A stretch of 64,000 bases of DNA. Origin: Escherichia coli. Its GTDB lineage: Bacteria > Pseudomonadota > Gammaproteobacteria > Enterobacterales > Enterobacteriaceae. Positions 19,174-28,782 of the stretch are shown here, piece after piece. The notes beneath the pieces were generated by a model, which saw only the letters and a program-made list of their open reading frames with translations, did no database searches and was not told the origin of the DNA. The stretch is taken from the NCBI GenBank assembly GCA_025336685.1, contig GCA_025336685.1_4717.1; one strand, written 5' to 3'. Each line of letters starts with the position of its first letter. The stretch's first letter is position 1. The translations under genes were made by a program, and so were the position numbers.

Positions 19174-20697
19174 TTACACCTCGCTAATCTGGATAACGTA
19201 AAGCTGTTGGGCCACGTAATCGGTGGTCAGATGCATTGTTGCGATGGTCGCAGCTTCGAATACCGTGAGTTCAGGACGTTCACGCATAATCAAATCGATC
19301 TCGTCGATGAGACGGTTAACGCCTTGAGCGTCTTCATGATGCATGGTTTTCACGTACAGTGTGCGGAAATACTGCTGGAAGTTAGCTACGTCGGTATCGG
19401 TAAGAGTAGCAACTTCACCACGCACAATTTCCATAACCTTCTTACGGGTATCTTCATCGAGGTCCACCGTAATCAGGTCAGCAAATACACCCTGCAATGC
19501 CAACGCGTATGCACGTAAGCGGTTTGCGGCTTGCTGGCTGGCTTTCATGTTGATGTAGTTACGGTAATGCTGCATGAAGCCAGCACCGTTAGCCAACAGT
19601 TCGTCTTTACTGATGAGTTCGCGTTCTAACAGGACGGCTGCGGTTAGTGCTTCCGGTGAACCGCCTTCTTGCAGATAACCCATGTAGACATCCGCATTAA
19701 CGAAAATCGTCATCGTTGATGCGTCTTCAGCACGTTGAATCTGAGAAGCTGATGGTGCAGAAAGAATCAGCTCACCACGCTCCATACGCAGGATACGATC
19801 ACGACCGACGCGTGCCATCCCATTGATCGCCGCAGCACGAGCTTGTTGCATTTTAGCGCGGTAGTTTTCAAGCATCATGTCGTTGCCGTCCTGGATATCT
19901 TCCAGCAGGTTAACGGCCCACATGTAGCAGAGGAATGCAGGAGTTGCCGCAGCGCGCGAACCATGGAATGCAACGTTGTCGCTATCCGGATACGTAATCA
20001 GATAAGCGGTGGTGTTCGAAGAAGGAGCGGAGCCACGGAAGAAATAGTTGTAGATGTCTTCCAGTGCCTGATCGCTCATCCCTTCCGTCGCTTGCTGCAC
20101 AAAACGATCCAGGTTTTCATTACCAGTATACAGCAACGTACGCAGCTTATCACCGGTGATAAACGCAAGCTTTTCGGTTGGGGTGAAATCGTTATTAATC
20201 GAAATCAAGCCGTTGAGATCGTAATCGCCAACTAAGGCCTGGTACTCTTCGGAGTTATAAAACTCAGGATAGTAACTCAGACTTACCGTCGGGATCAGTT
20301 TCGGGGCCAGGATGATCGAATCGATACGTTTTTCCAGTTCCGGGTACAGCGCACGGCATTTCGGCAGGATGGTATTACGTGCCAACTCTTTGGCATACAC
20401 CACTTTTTCCACCACGTCTTGAACTGCGGTCTGTAAAACTTCATCGTGGATATAAACCTCGCGTTCGCTGGCAGGTGCTACAGCGCCATCTTCGGTTTCA
20501 TCAAGTGTTTCAGCAACAACCATACGTTCAGCACTAAGCTGCACCAACGCATCCGCATCTTCCGGCGGCTGGTTCCAATGCATGGTTTCACAAACCGCGG
20601 CTAACGGGGTACCTGGAATGGCTGCGACGATTTGGTTACGTTTGATAAACCCTTCGACAATGGGCTCAACGGCATAAACGGTTTTATTGGTGATCAT
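19174..20697 (-). CDS. hypothetical protein (507 aa)
   Basis: ORF track; abuts 18463..19173 and overlaps 20697..20930 by 1 nt. Confidence 0.55.
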   Translation of the reverse strand: MITNKTVYAVEPIVEGFIKRNQIVAAIPGTPLAAVCETMHWNQPPEDADALVQLSAERMVVAETLDETEDGAVAPASEREVYIHDEVLQTAVQDVVEKVVYAKELARNTILPKCRALYPELEKRIDSIILAPKLIPTVSLSYYPEFYNSEEYQALVGDYDLNGLISINNDFTPTEKLAFITGDKLRTLLYTGNENLDRFVQQATEGMSDQALEDIYNYFFRGSAPSSNTTAYLITYPDSDNVAFHGSRAAATPAFLCYMWAVNLLEDIQDGNDMMLENYRAKMQQARAAAINGMARVGRDRILRMERGELILSAPSASQIQRAEDASTMTIFVNADVYMGYLQEGGSPEALTAAVLLERELISKDELLANGAGFMQHYRNYINMKASQQAANRLRAYALALQGVFADLITVDLDEDTRKKVMEIVRGEVATLTDTDVANFQQYFRTLYVKTMHHEDAQGVNRLIDEIDLIMRERPELTVFEAATIATMHLTTDYVAQQLYVIQISEV

Positions 20698-20930
20698 TAC
20701 TGCGCTCCCTCCAACGCATTACTACCTACGGGTTCTTTGGTTTCCAGACGGCTGTTTAAGCGTGCAGCAACCGCATCTTCCAATCCCAACGGCATAACCT
20801 TTTTGTTCACGTCAGGATCGGCGGCATCATTACCAACGGTTTGACGTACGACCTCAGCAACCAACGTTACCGCGTTCGTCAGCGCAACAAAGCTCGCTGC
20901 CCGAGCCGTGTTAAGTTGTTCTTGGTTCAT
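20697..20930 (-). CDS. small hypothetical protein (77 aa)
   Basis: ORF track; first ORF after the 20963..20980 palindrome; short, so tentative. Confidence 0.3.
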   Translation of the reverse strand: MNQEQLNTARAASFVALTNAVTLVAEVVRQTVGNDAADPDVNKKVMPLGLEDAVAARLNSRLETKEPVGSNALEGAQ

Positions 20931-20962
20931 TCACTTTTCCTTTTAATGTCAGAGCATCGCAT

Positions 20963-20980
20963 TCTTGACGTACGTCAAGA
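20963..20980. promoter_or_regulatory. 18-bp perfect palindrome TCTTGACGTACGTCAAGA
   Basis: Read directly; about 35 nt upstream of the 20930 start. Confidence 0.3.
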
Positions 20981-21005
20981 AGGTACTGCGTTCAGCGAAA
21001 TAAAC

Positions 21006-21040
21006 GAGCAGGGGCATGAAGCCCCCTGCTCTTATTTAGC
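21006..21040 (-). terminator. hairpin terminator (GAGCAGGGGC ... GCCCCCTGCTC) with T-rich tail on minus strand
   Basis: Read directly; immediately downstream of the minus-strand gene 21032..22255. Confidence 0.5.
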
Positions 21041-22255
21041 GTCGTTAAAGTAAATATCAACAGCTCGTTCCGTTGCGTAGAGGAGACCAAGATTCACAGT
21101 CCCAACCACTTCCGGTGAACCGATGATACGGTTAGCGATACTGGTGCCACTGAAGATAGCATCAAGGGTGTGCCCGTCTTCGGTTTTGTTCACACCATGA
21201 CCCACGGAAGAGACAACGGATTTCGCTTGTGCTGCGAAGGTACCCTTATCACCCATCCCCGCACCAAGGTCGTAACGCATGAAAATACGGATGGCGATCT
21301 GGTTCTCGCCTAACGGATTACCGTCTATTCTCACGTTACTGTTGTTGATACGCCCCGTCGTTGCTTCATTGAGTTTCAGTTCCTTGACGCGTTTAGCTCG
21401 CGCTTTATCTGCGTCACCGACGAGCGCCGCCATGGTTTCACTCATATCCTCAATCTGAGCGCGGTACAGCACATCGATCTGTACAACTTCACCATGAACG
21501 TCAGCACGTGGGTTATACTGACTCATACGACGTAATGCTTCAACGGCTTCCTGACTCTCATCACTCAGATCAGTTGCGATCGGTTCTTCCAGTGTTGCAA
21601 GAATAGTTCGAGGTTCAACATGATCGCCGATTTTTACGAGACCACGAATGTTGAGATGGGCGTCAACAATGAGCGTGCGGCTCTTAATCGATGGTGTTAC
21701 GAGACGATCGGCAAGATTGTCGAAGATATACGAACTGTCCTCGTGAGTCTCTGGAATATCCAGAATACCGACAAGAGACAGAACACCTGCGCGCCAAACA
21801 ACCTGACCTGGGTTCCACCAGTCGCGTTTAAAATAAAGACGATGGAAAACTACCACATCTTGATCCTTAACGCGATCCCCAACTTTATAATCGGTAATGA
21901 GGTCATGCGGATAATACTTACCTGGTCCTTTCCCGATTATCGTACCGAGTTGGAAAACCTCTTCTCCTAACTCTGGATCATCGTATTGTATCGTAAGCGC
22001 AGTTTTGGTGACCTTCTTCACAACACCATCGCCTTGGGCGGCAGCTGCGAAGAGTTTACCAACGCGATGCGCGATAACGGTCTCGCCACCAGTACGCCAT
22101 GGTTGTACATCGTAACCTTCAGCAGCAATCATGCGGTTGTGTTGGATGCCTATAAATACGAGACGCTTTGGCGGAATCCAGCAAAATACATTTACTGTGC
22201 GTCCGGATTGTTCAGATAAGGTCGTTAATCTTATCCCGGAGGCGATGATAGGCAC
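21032..22255 (-). CDS. putative RNA polymerase beta-like subunit fragment (middle segment)
   Basis: 407 aa; GDKGTFAAQAKSVV resembles beta GDKxAGRHGNKGV and a following G-T-x-x-D-x-I segment resembles beta PVDIVLNPLGVPSRMNIGQ (weak, by eye); GTG start preceded by GGGAGG SD. Confidence 0.3.
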   Translation of the reverse strand: MPIIASGIRLTTLSEQSGRTVNVFCWIPPKRLVFIGIQHNRMIAAEGYDVQPWRTGGETVIAHRVGKLFAAAAQGDGVVKKVTKTALTIQYDDPELGEEVFQLGTIIGKGPGKYYPHDLITDYKVGDRVKDQDVVVFHRLYFKRDWWNPGQVVWRAGVLSLVGILDIPETHEDSSYIFDNLADRLVTPSIKSRTLIVDAHLNIRGLVKIGDHVEPRTILATLEEPIATDLSDESQEAVEALRRMSQYNPRADVHGEVVQIDVLYRAQIEDMSETMAALVGDADKARAKRVKELKLNEATTGRINNSNVRIDGNPLGENQIAIRIFMRYDLGAGMGDKGTFAAQAKSVVSSVGHGVNKTEDGHTLDAIFSGTSIANRIIGSPEVVGTVNLGLLYATERAVDIYFNDAK

Positions 22256-22483
22256 ACCGCCTCCCGCTTACGCTCTCACGTAAGAGCAGACTATATCACA
22301 TCTCGTCTTAGGCTTGTTTTCACAAGTCAAACGGTGCTTCTTCAGCACCTCAACGAGAGTTCACTTCTTCCCAGCGCATCCAGCGCCATTCTCTTATCCA
22401 AGGAGAATGCCTCACTCGAGGGGTACAGGGGGATGAATCCCTTAGTCGTTGAACCGTCACCCTAGAACGTTTCACAACGATCC
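22256..22483 (-). ncRNA. structured non-coding region between HNH gene and beta-like fragment (possible group I intron 3' portion)
   Basis: 228 nt with stops in all frames of interest; on the minus-strand transcript at least four short hairpins (GGUGCU-GAAGAA-GCACC, CUUGU-GAAAA-ACAAG, CUUACG-UGAGAG-CGUAAG, CAUUCUC-N-GAGAAUG); catalytic-core elements not identified. Confidence 0.2.
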
Positions 22484-23695
22484 TTAGGCGATTGGCTGCG
22501 GATTACCCTTGGCCTGCGGACCACGAACTTTTGTCGCGGTCAACTCTTCATTTTTAAAGCCTGCTTTACGAGCAATACGTCTCGCTTCTCGCACGTCTAA
22601 CGTTTCCGTTTCCGCTTTGGCTGAAGGCAGCATTGGGCGTCCTCGCAATTCAATGAATCTCGTCCATACGTCACCGTATAAACGGACCCGCTCTTTGTAA
22701 ACAGAATAGTAAATATAACGTTTTCCGTCAGGGAATTTAGTCATCCCATCGGACTTCAAACGGTAATTGAGTAACGTAGTAGATATACCCATTTCTTCGG
22801 CGCAATCAACGGCTGAAAGGTACAATAGCGGTACATCATTTTCAGGAATGACGACAATAGCACGTTTGTTGGTTGTCTTCTCCAACTCCAGGATACTATC
22901 TTCGACTTCCCGCCACGGCGTCTCATCAGTAACCCATTTAACTTGATAACAGCCATTAACGACAGGTTGGTTCTTGTCGTTAACGTACATCGACGCAGTG
23001 GGTAACTTAACACCAATGTGATTAGCGAATTCAGTCAATGATTCGAAAAGATGAATCTCTTTTGTTATCGTTGACCTTGCAATCACGCCCTTACTCCCCG
23101 TATCCGTCAACGTTGCTAACTCGTATTTGGTAGGAATACGCCACGGTTCATCGCCGTAATCTTTGCGGTACTGCTTACGTTCAGGAAACGCTCGCTGTTT
23201 ACCTCTATAGACACGATGATGAATGAAGTCGATATTCACACCAAGATCGCGTGCCGCTTCCGTCATGGATGGATATCTAGTTACAACACCGGTGTCAACA
23301 TCACGAACCTGAATAGGTTTACCGTAAGCAGCAATAGAACGTTTACGCATGTTCATAATGCGGGCATGCTGATTGTTCTCTTTCTGTGTAACCCATTCAA
23401 GATTGTCATTCTCTGTGTTACCGTCGGGATCAAGGTAGTTATTAAGTCTGTTGCCGTCCTTGTGGTTCACATGGAGCAAATGCGCATCATCGATGTTACG
23501 GAACGTTAACATTAGAAGTCTATGCATGGAACGGTAAACCAATGTTCCATCGTGACCTCGAAACGAATAACGATAATACCCAGCAATGATGATGGGCAAA
23601 TATTCAAACTTCGATTCCTTGTTACGCAATGTTCCATCTATGGATATCTCCAGGAACGGGAATTCCGGTACGGTCTTAAATACCTTCTCACTCAT
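22484..23695 (-). CDS. HNH homing endonuclease with NUMOD/IENR-like DNA-binding repeats
   Basis: 403 aa; HNH motif HHVNHKDGNRLNNYLDPDGNTENDNLEWVTQKENNQHA; three helix-turn-helix-like repeats (YPSMTEAARDLGVN, FESLTEFANHIGVK, YLSAVDCAEEMGIS); AGAGGA SD; own promoter-like motif upstream. Confidence 0.85.
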   Translation of the reverse strand: MSEKVFKTVPEFPFLEISIDGTLRNKESKFEYLPIIIAGYYRYSFRGHDGTLVYRSMHRLLMLTFRNIDDAHLLHVNHKDGNRLNNYLDPDGNTENDNLEWVTQKENNQHARIMNMRKRSIAAYGKPIQVRDVDTGVVTRYPSMTEAARDLGVNIDFIHHRVYRGKQRAFPERKQYRKDYGDEPWRIPTKYELATLTDTGSKGVIARSTITKEIHLFESLTEFANHIGVKLPTASMYVNDKNQPVVNGCYQVKWVTDETPWREVEDSILELEKTTNKRAIVVIPENDVPLLYLSAVDCAEEMGISTTLLNYRLKSDGMTKFPDGKRYIYYSVYKERVRLYGDVWTRFIELRGRPMLPSAKAETETLDVREARRIARKAGFKNEELTATKVRGPQAKGNPQPIA

Positions 23696-23735
23696 TGACT
23701 ATATTCCTCTTGTGCAGTGATATTAACTACACTTT

Positions 23736-23744
23736 CGTAATATA
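23736..23744 (-). promoter_or_regulatory. promoter-like motif GGNCTATATTACC (copy 2)
   Basis: Exact CTATATTAC on minus strand about 40 nt upstream of the HNH ATG, in the 75-nt gap after the 1069 aa ORF. Confidence 0.35.
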
Positions 23745-23770
23745 GCCTTAATTCTGTTTACATTGAAGCC

Positions 23771-26700
23771 TTAATCATCTCTATCAGCAGCAGGTACTGC
23801 AAGTGCTGATGTACTCATTATTGACGAGCTACCATCCGTTTTCTCGTCGTAGGGTTTCGTTTCACCGTATACAGACACAATGTTTGCGTTAGGTGCGAGG
23901 TAAGCAGAAATACCTACATCCCCACTATCCTTCGTACCTTCGGATACAACACCAATGTCCGACTTGTCGTATTCACGATCGCGTGCGCGTCGAAGCGATG
24001 TCTTTGAACGCCCCCCGATACCGGTCATCGTTGCTTCTTCACCCTGCTTGATATCCAGCATCGGGTTGGTTTCATCGATCACGATGGAAGCGCTGTCGTC
24101 GAGAATTTGGTTCCAGACACTCACTGGACTGATTGAGATTTTCTGGCGGTTTCCTTGACTGCTGTTCTCGTTTTGACGAATAGCGCTAACCAGGTCCTTA
24201 TACACCAGTTCGGCGAACTTATCGTACGTTTTAAAACGTTGGTAGTTCACATCGTTCGTGTTAGGTGCCCAGTCATCCAGAAGCAGTTCAACAGCACGCA
24301 GTAACAACATGGCGAAATCGGTAGGTTCTCCCATGTTCTGTAGCAACGTACGGCTCACCGGATCGATGAAAAGACGCTCCATGAGTTCAAGTTCGCGTAA
24401 ATGGCGAACCTTAAGTCCAGCACCATCGACAACGTTAAAATAGATATCTCGATTGTCAAAAGCACCGCGAGCGTAACCGATGTAGTTACGGTACTCGTTG
24501 AACCCACCCAACAGCAACGTCGTCATGCGATCGTCTTTACTGAAGATCAAACTTTCGTCGTCAAAGCTCACCGCGAATTCATCGGGTGCTAGACCCATAC
24601 GAGAGCCGCGAGGTACCGTACGATAGTTCGCTTTAAGGTGTTCTAATAACGGGGTAAGCCCACCCAGATAACTTAGAACAACACCGACCGGAATACGTAC
24701 ACCCATGAATTCAAGATCGGCGGCTTCGATCGGCATCTTAGCCGCATTGATACCGAAGAAATCAGGGAACGTCCCTACAGGTGTTGGTGTTTGTCCTGAC
24801 TGACAGATATAGAGCTGATTGCGTTCATCGATTGCTAAGAATTCACCCAACGTGTTACGTGCAAACGTCAGGAGCCCTTCGGCTAACTGTTCGTTGAACC
24901 GATCTTCCCCAATGAACTCCGGCAATGTCTTTATATCGAGACGTATATCCCAATCAGCGAATTGGATTTGGGTATAGTTGCGTGCAAGCACTGCGAAGTA
25001 ATACGGGACTTTGACAGCCGGATCAAAGACGTTACCGCGTTTTAACGTGGTTAAGGGTGAGGACTTATCGTAATACATCGCCGTAAGTTGACGTGTTAGC
25101 CAACGACCCGCATTATTAACGACGCGCTCTGAACGTTTAACAAACACCTTACCGTAGGCGGTACTCAATGCAACTTCGGATGACGATACCTTTCTAATAG
25201 GTTTATCGACGCGTTGTTTACGCATCCGGTACTTGATGCCGTTAACGACATAAATGCCGTCCTTACGAACCTTCGGTAACATCACCGGGAACGTGGTCGG
25301 GACACCGCCTACGGGGGCCAGTTTAATCGTGATGACTTGATAATCCCCCATCACGTCAACAACATCTTCGACTTTATATCCCGTGACTGGGTAACCTGCC
25401 TGCTGTACCGCAACAACAGCAGCTGCGATGTCCTTTTGCATTACGTGTTCGACGTAATGTTTATCCCACACCGCAAGCGTCGATTTACATAAGCTCTTAT
25501 CGACGATAACGTCCGCTTCCGGCATAACCTTTGCGGGAGCTAATTTCGCGGCTTTTGGTTTAACTTCAACATACTCAGCAAGTGTTAATCCAGAACCGTC
25601 GGGTGCTTCGATTTCATGGATGGCGTCAGCGTTACGCATCGCTGCTTTATATTGGACGCCACTTAACTGCCCCGCATCCGCCAGATCGCCCGCGCGTACC
25701 AACACCGCATCCGATAACGACTGAATATACTCACCGTGTGTTTTTGGTAACGTTGTCGCGTCAAAGACATCAACCTTTTCTTCTTCGGTATCGTCAGTAA
25801 CGACTTCGAAGAGATCGTCGGTAATGTCCTGATCTTCATCAGGTTGGAAATCCGGTTGTACTTCTACCCCGGGTACTTCACGGACATCTTCGAACGTGCG
25901 TTCTACAACGGCGTTCCATGCATCAGCGTCATCGTCTTCATCCGACCCACCGACCAACTCCGCTTCTAACTCATCGGGGTCAAGAACAGTGGCCAGATCC
26001 TCACCGTTAGGAAGCACGACGTCACGATCGTCGTACTCCGCATCCGGGTTGTCGGTAAGAATATCTCGCTCTTGACGAAGAACCTGTTCCTCTTCTTGTT
26101 TCTGTTCTTCTTCATTCGCGCTCTGCGACCACAAACGTGTTACCGCCATCATCCAACGACGTTGGAAGGTTTCAAGTGTCGTTTTGTCGAGTTCTTCCCC
26201 TTCCTTTACAAGCCCGGTACGCCATTCCTCCAGCAGGCCGAGATTCAACGTAAAGAAGTACACACCGTCTGTAAATACAACGTTAAGCTTATCCAGCGTG
26301 GCCCTGTCTAACGAAGCCATCGTGCTGTTCTCACGATCGGTTCCCAACCAGCGGAAGAAGTCAAAGAACGACAGCTCCTCCGGTGTGGCGAAATTCATGA
26401 GGTTGTTACGGGTCGGTGCCTGTTGTGTGGTACGCATCAACGAAATCTTCGGCAATGTTGACGGTAAACGGAACAACAAAAAGTGTTGACGATCGCTTTG
26501 TTGTGCGATTTCGTTGGCTTTCGACCAAATTGTTTTACGTACGTTGAACCATTCATCATACCAACGGGTGAGCGTTGGACGATAGATGTACATGTGGTTA
26601 AGATGCGCGTAGTTAGCAACGATCTGAGCGTTGATGTTTTTCTCCACCGTACTTAGATCGGTAACCAAACGAAAACGACGATGCGATGCACGATAATCCA

Positions 26701-26980
26701 ATTTCGCTCGTGGAAGTTGGAATCGTTGATCGCGTCGAGGTGCGCCTTGTTTGGTTGCGAGATCATCAGCAAACGAAATCCATAGTTGAGCATTTTCTTT
26801 ACTCAGCATGTATTCGTTTTCTGGAGGACCTATCAATGAAGGATCCGTTGCGGTGTAATGATAGACAGCATAACGCGGCAGCTGCAATAGCTGCACTAAA
26901 CGTAATCTTGGTGATAGTAGCTCTTGGTAGCGTCTGACACCGAACTGTCGGTAGTAATCAAGGTATTTAAGTTTTGCCAT
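23771..26980 (-). CDS. putative RNA polymerase beta-like subunit, N-terminal fragment
   Basis: 1069 aa; by-eye matches to bacterial beta: [17 protein letters not shown] vs [33 protein letters not shown] vs [34 protein letters not shown] vs YGFLETPYRKVTDG near the C-terminus. Confidence 0.45.
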   Translation of the reverse strand: [1069 protein letters not shown]

Positions 26981-26983
26981 GGG

Positions 26984-28630
26984 TTAGGCTCCACGAGGTC
27001 CCGTTAAGTTGCGTAATAGGAACGCAACCGTATCGTAACCAATATCAATGTTGAATTTATTTTTACCACTTACCCAGAAAGCTCGCTTCTTGTGCGAGTT
27101 GGTAATTTCGTCAATGGCTTCCATGGAATAAAGAACGTTAACCGAGACCGTATCACCATCAAAGTCCCCGCCAAGTCCGGCGAGGTATGGGGCAGGGACA
27201 ATAGTCGTTTCTACGAACGAAGCATTAGGTAACCAGTCAGGGTATTCCCATGCGATAAATCGTTCATCCGTTATTGGTTCCCAGTTACTATCCAGTTCGG
27301 TTTTCGGTTTTGCGGCGACGGTTGTACGCGCATAACAGGTTAACGGGATAACGGATTGCATACCCGATACCGGATAACGTGTTACCATTGCAGCCAGGTT
27401 ATTCCAGTACTTATATCCGGCGATGTACACTAATTCGGTATACGTGATGGGGTGAACATCCGCACCAGGTTTATTCAACATTTCTGGGGGTAATTCACTC
27501 ATACCACGGAACAGTCGAAACGAATCATTGTTCACATAGACGAGGCAAAGATAACGTCCATTAACCATGATAGGTTCGTTACGCACGCCTGGATCGCTTA
27601 AGGTGTTCAATAAACGTTCTATTCCGTCCCATGTCGTAAAGTCATCGATGGTGTCTGGATCAAGCGTGACGCGTTCACGTTCCATCGTTTCGGTATCGAT
27701 AAGTTCAACTTCTGTAACATCACGGACAAATATTTCCTGCAAAATCCCCGTACGTAACGCATGTTGCGTCACGGGTAGGGCGGCTTTGCTCATCTGGTAT
27801 AACCCTAACTGAACTGCAGTACAGGAAGGCTGGTTGGGCGATCCTAGTACCTCCGTTGTGGGGTTAATTGCCGAAATAACGTTACGGGTTGAGTTCCAAA
27901 CACGACGTGAGCCGAACTTCCCTTGAAAGATCCCTTTCTTACCTTGGAACATATCCAACAACAAAGCGTAGATATCGTTAAATGTTCTCTGTAAGCTCCA
28001 GCGTTGGCCGTCGTAAACGGGATCGGAATAATCTTTTAATCCATCGGGGACGGTGTTAGAAATTGCAAGGAAACGACGATACAACTCCGTGATTTCTTGC
28101 TCGCTTTCATACCCGCCTTCTTTTACTTCTATTTCACGTAAGCCCGCAGGTAAAACCAGTAAGTGACGGGTCATCGCTTTGAACATGTTCTCTTCGACAA
28201 CTTTAATTCGTAGCTCTCGTTGAGCTGAACCCGTTGAAACGAACTTGATATCCGCGACGTGTTGTGCAAAGAACCCGTACCCTGTCTGTCCTGTTAACGC
28301 ATCAGACGCAACGAAATCGCGTTGTTCAGGATCCCACCGAGCGTACGCCTTCCCCGACATGATATCACCATAGAGGTGTTTTAATCGAATGAGGCGGTCG
28401 TAAATGACAGGATGCAGGATTTCAACTTTGCATTCAATCACCGCAAATCGACGGTCTCGATCTTCACTACCTGCACTACCAAAGATGGTGTAAGAATAGA
28501 AACCATCATCGTGGAAATTACCGGTGCTTGGGTCACGAATGCTCATGCTCGTGATCTTGGGGAGAAAACGTAACTGTTGTTTATCGAGGTGTAAAATACT
28601 AATATTAAACGGCTCTCTGACTTTAGCCAT
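26984..28630 (-). CDS. RNA polymerase beta'-like subunit, N-terminal fragment
   Basis: Catalytic motif GDFDGDTVSVNV (beta' NADFDGDQMAVHV) near C-terminus; QGKFGSRRVWNSTRNVISAINP resembles beta' GKRVDYSGRSVIVVGP; ORF track starts at 28672 but ATG at 28630 has an AGAGGAG SD. Confidence 0.65.
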   Translation of the reverse strand: MAKVREPFNISILHLDKQQLRFLPKITSMSIRDPSTGNFHDDGFYSYTIFGSAGSEDRDRRFAVIECKVEILHPVIYDRLIRLKHLYGDIMSGKAYARWDPEQRDFVASDALTGQTGYGFFAQHVADIKFVSTGSAQRELRIKVVEENMFKAMTRHLLVLPAGLREIEVKEGGYESEQEITELYRRFLAISNTVPDGLKDYSDPVYDGQRWSLQRTFNDIYALLLDMFQGKKGIFQGKFGSRRVWNSTRNVISAINPTTEVLGSPNQPSCTAVQLGLYQMSKAALPVTQHALRTGILQEIFVRDVTEVELIDTETMERERVTLDPDTIDDFTTWDGIERLLNTLSDPGVRNEPIMVNGRYLCLVYVNNDSFRLFRGMSELPPEMLNKPGADVHPITYTELVYIAGYKYWNNLAAMVTRYPVSGMQSVIPLTCYARTTVAAKPKTELDSNWEPITDERFIAWEYPDWLPNASFVETTIVPAPYLAGLGGDFDGDTVSVNVLYSMEAIDEITNSHKKRAFWVSGKNKFNIDIGYDTVAFLLRNLTGPRGA

Positions 28631-28782
28631 GGAGACACTCCTCTTTACCACCACCGGCTGCGGCGGTATCATCTGAACACACGAGAGACGTAATGGGTGA
28701 TGGCGTCACCCATCGCTTCCTTGCTTGAGGCGAGGAAGTTATTAGGTTACGTACCTGCCTGATTTTATCAGGTGGGCGATGT

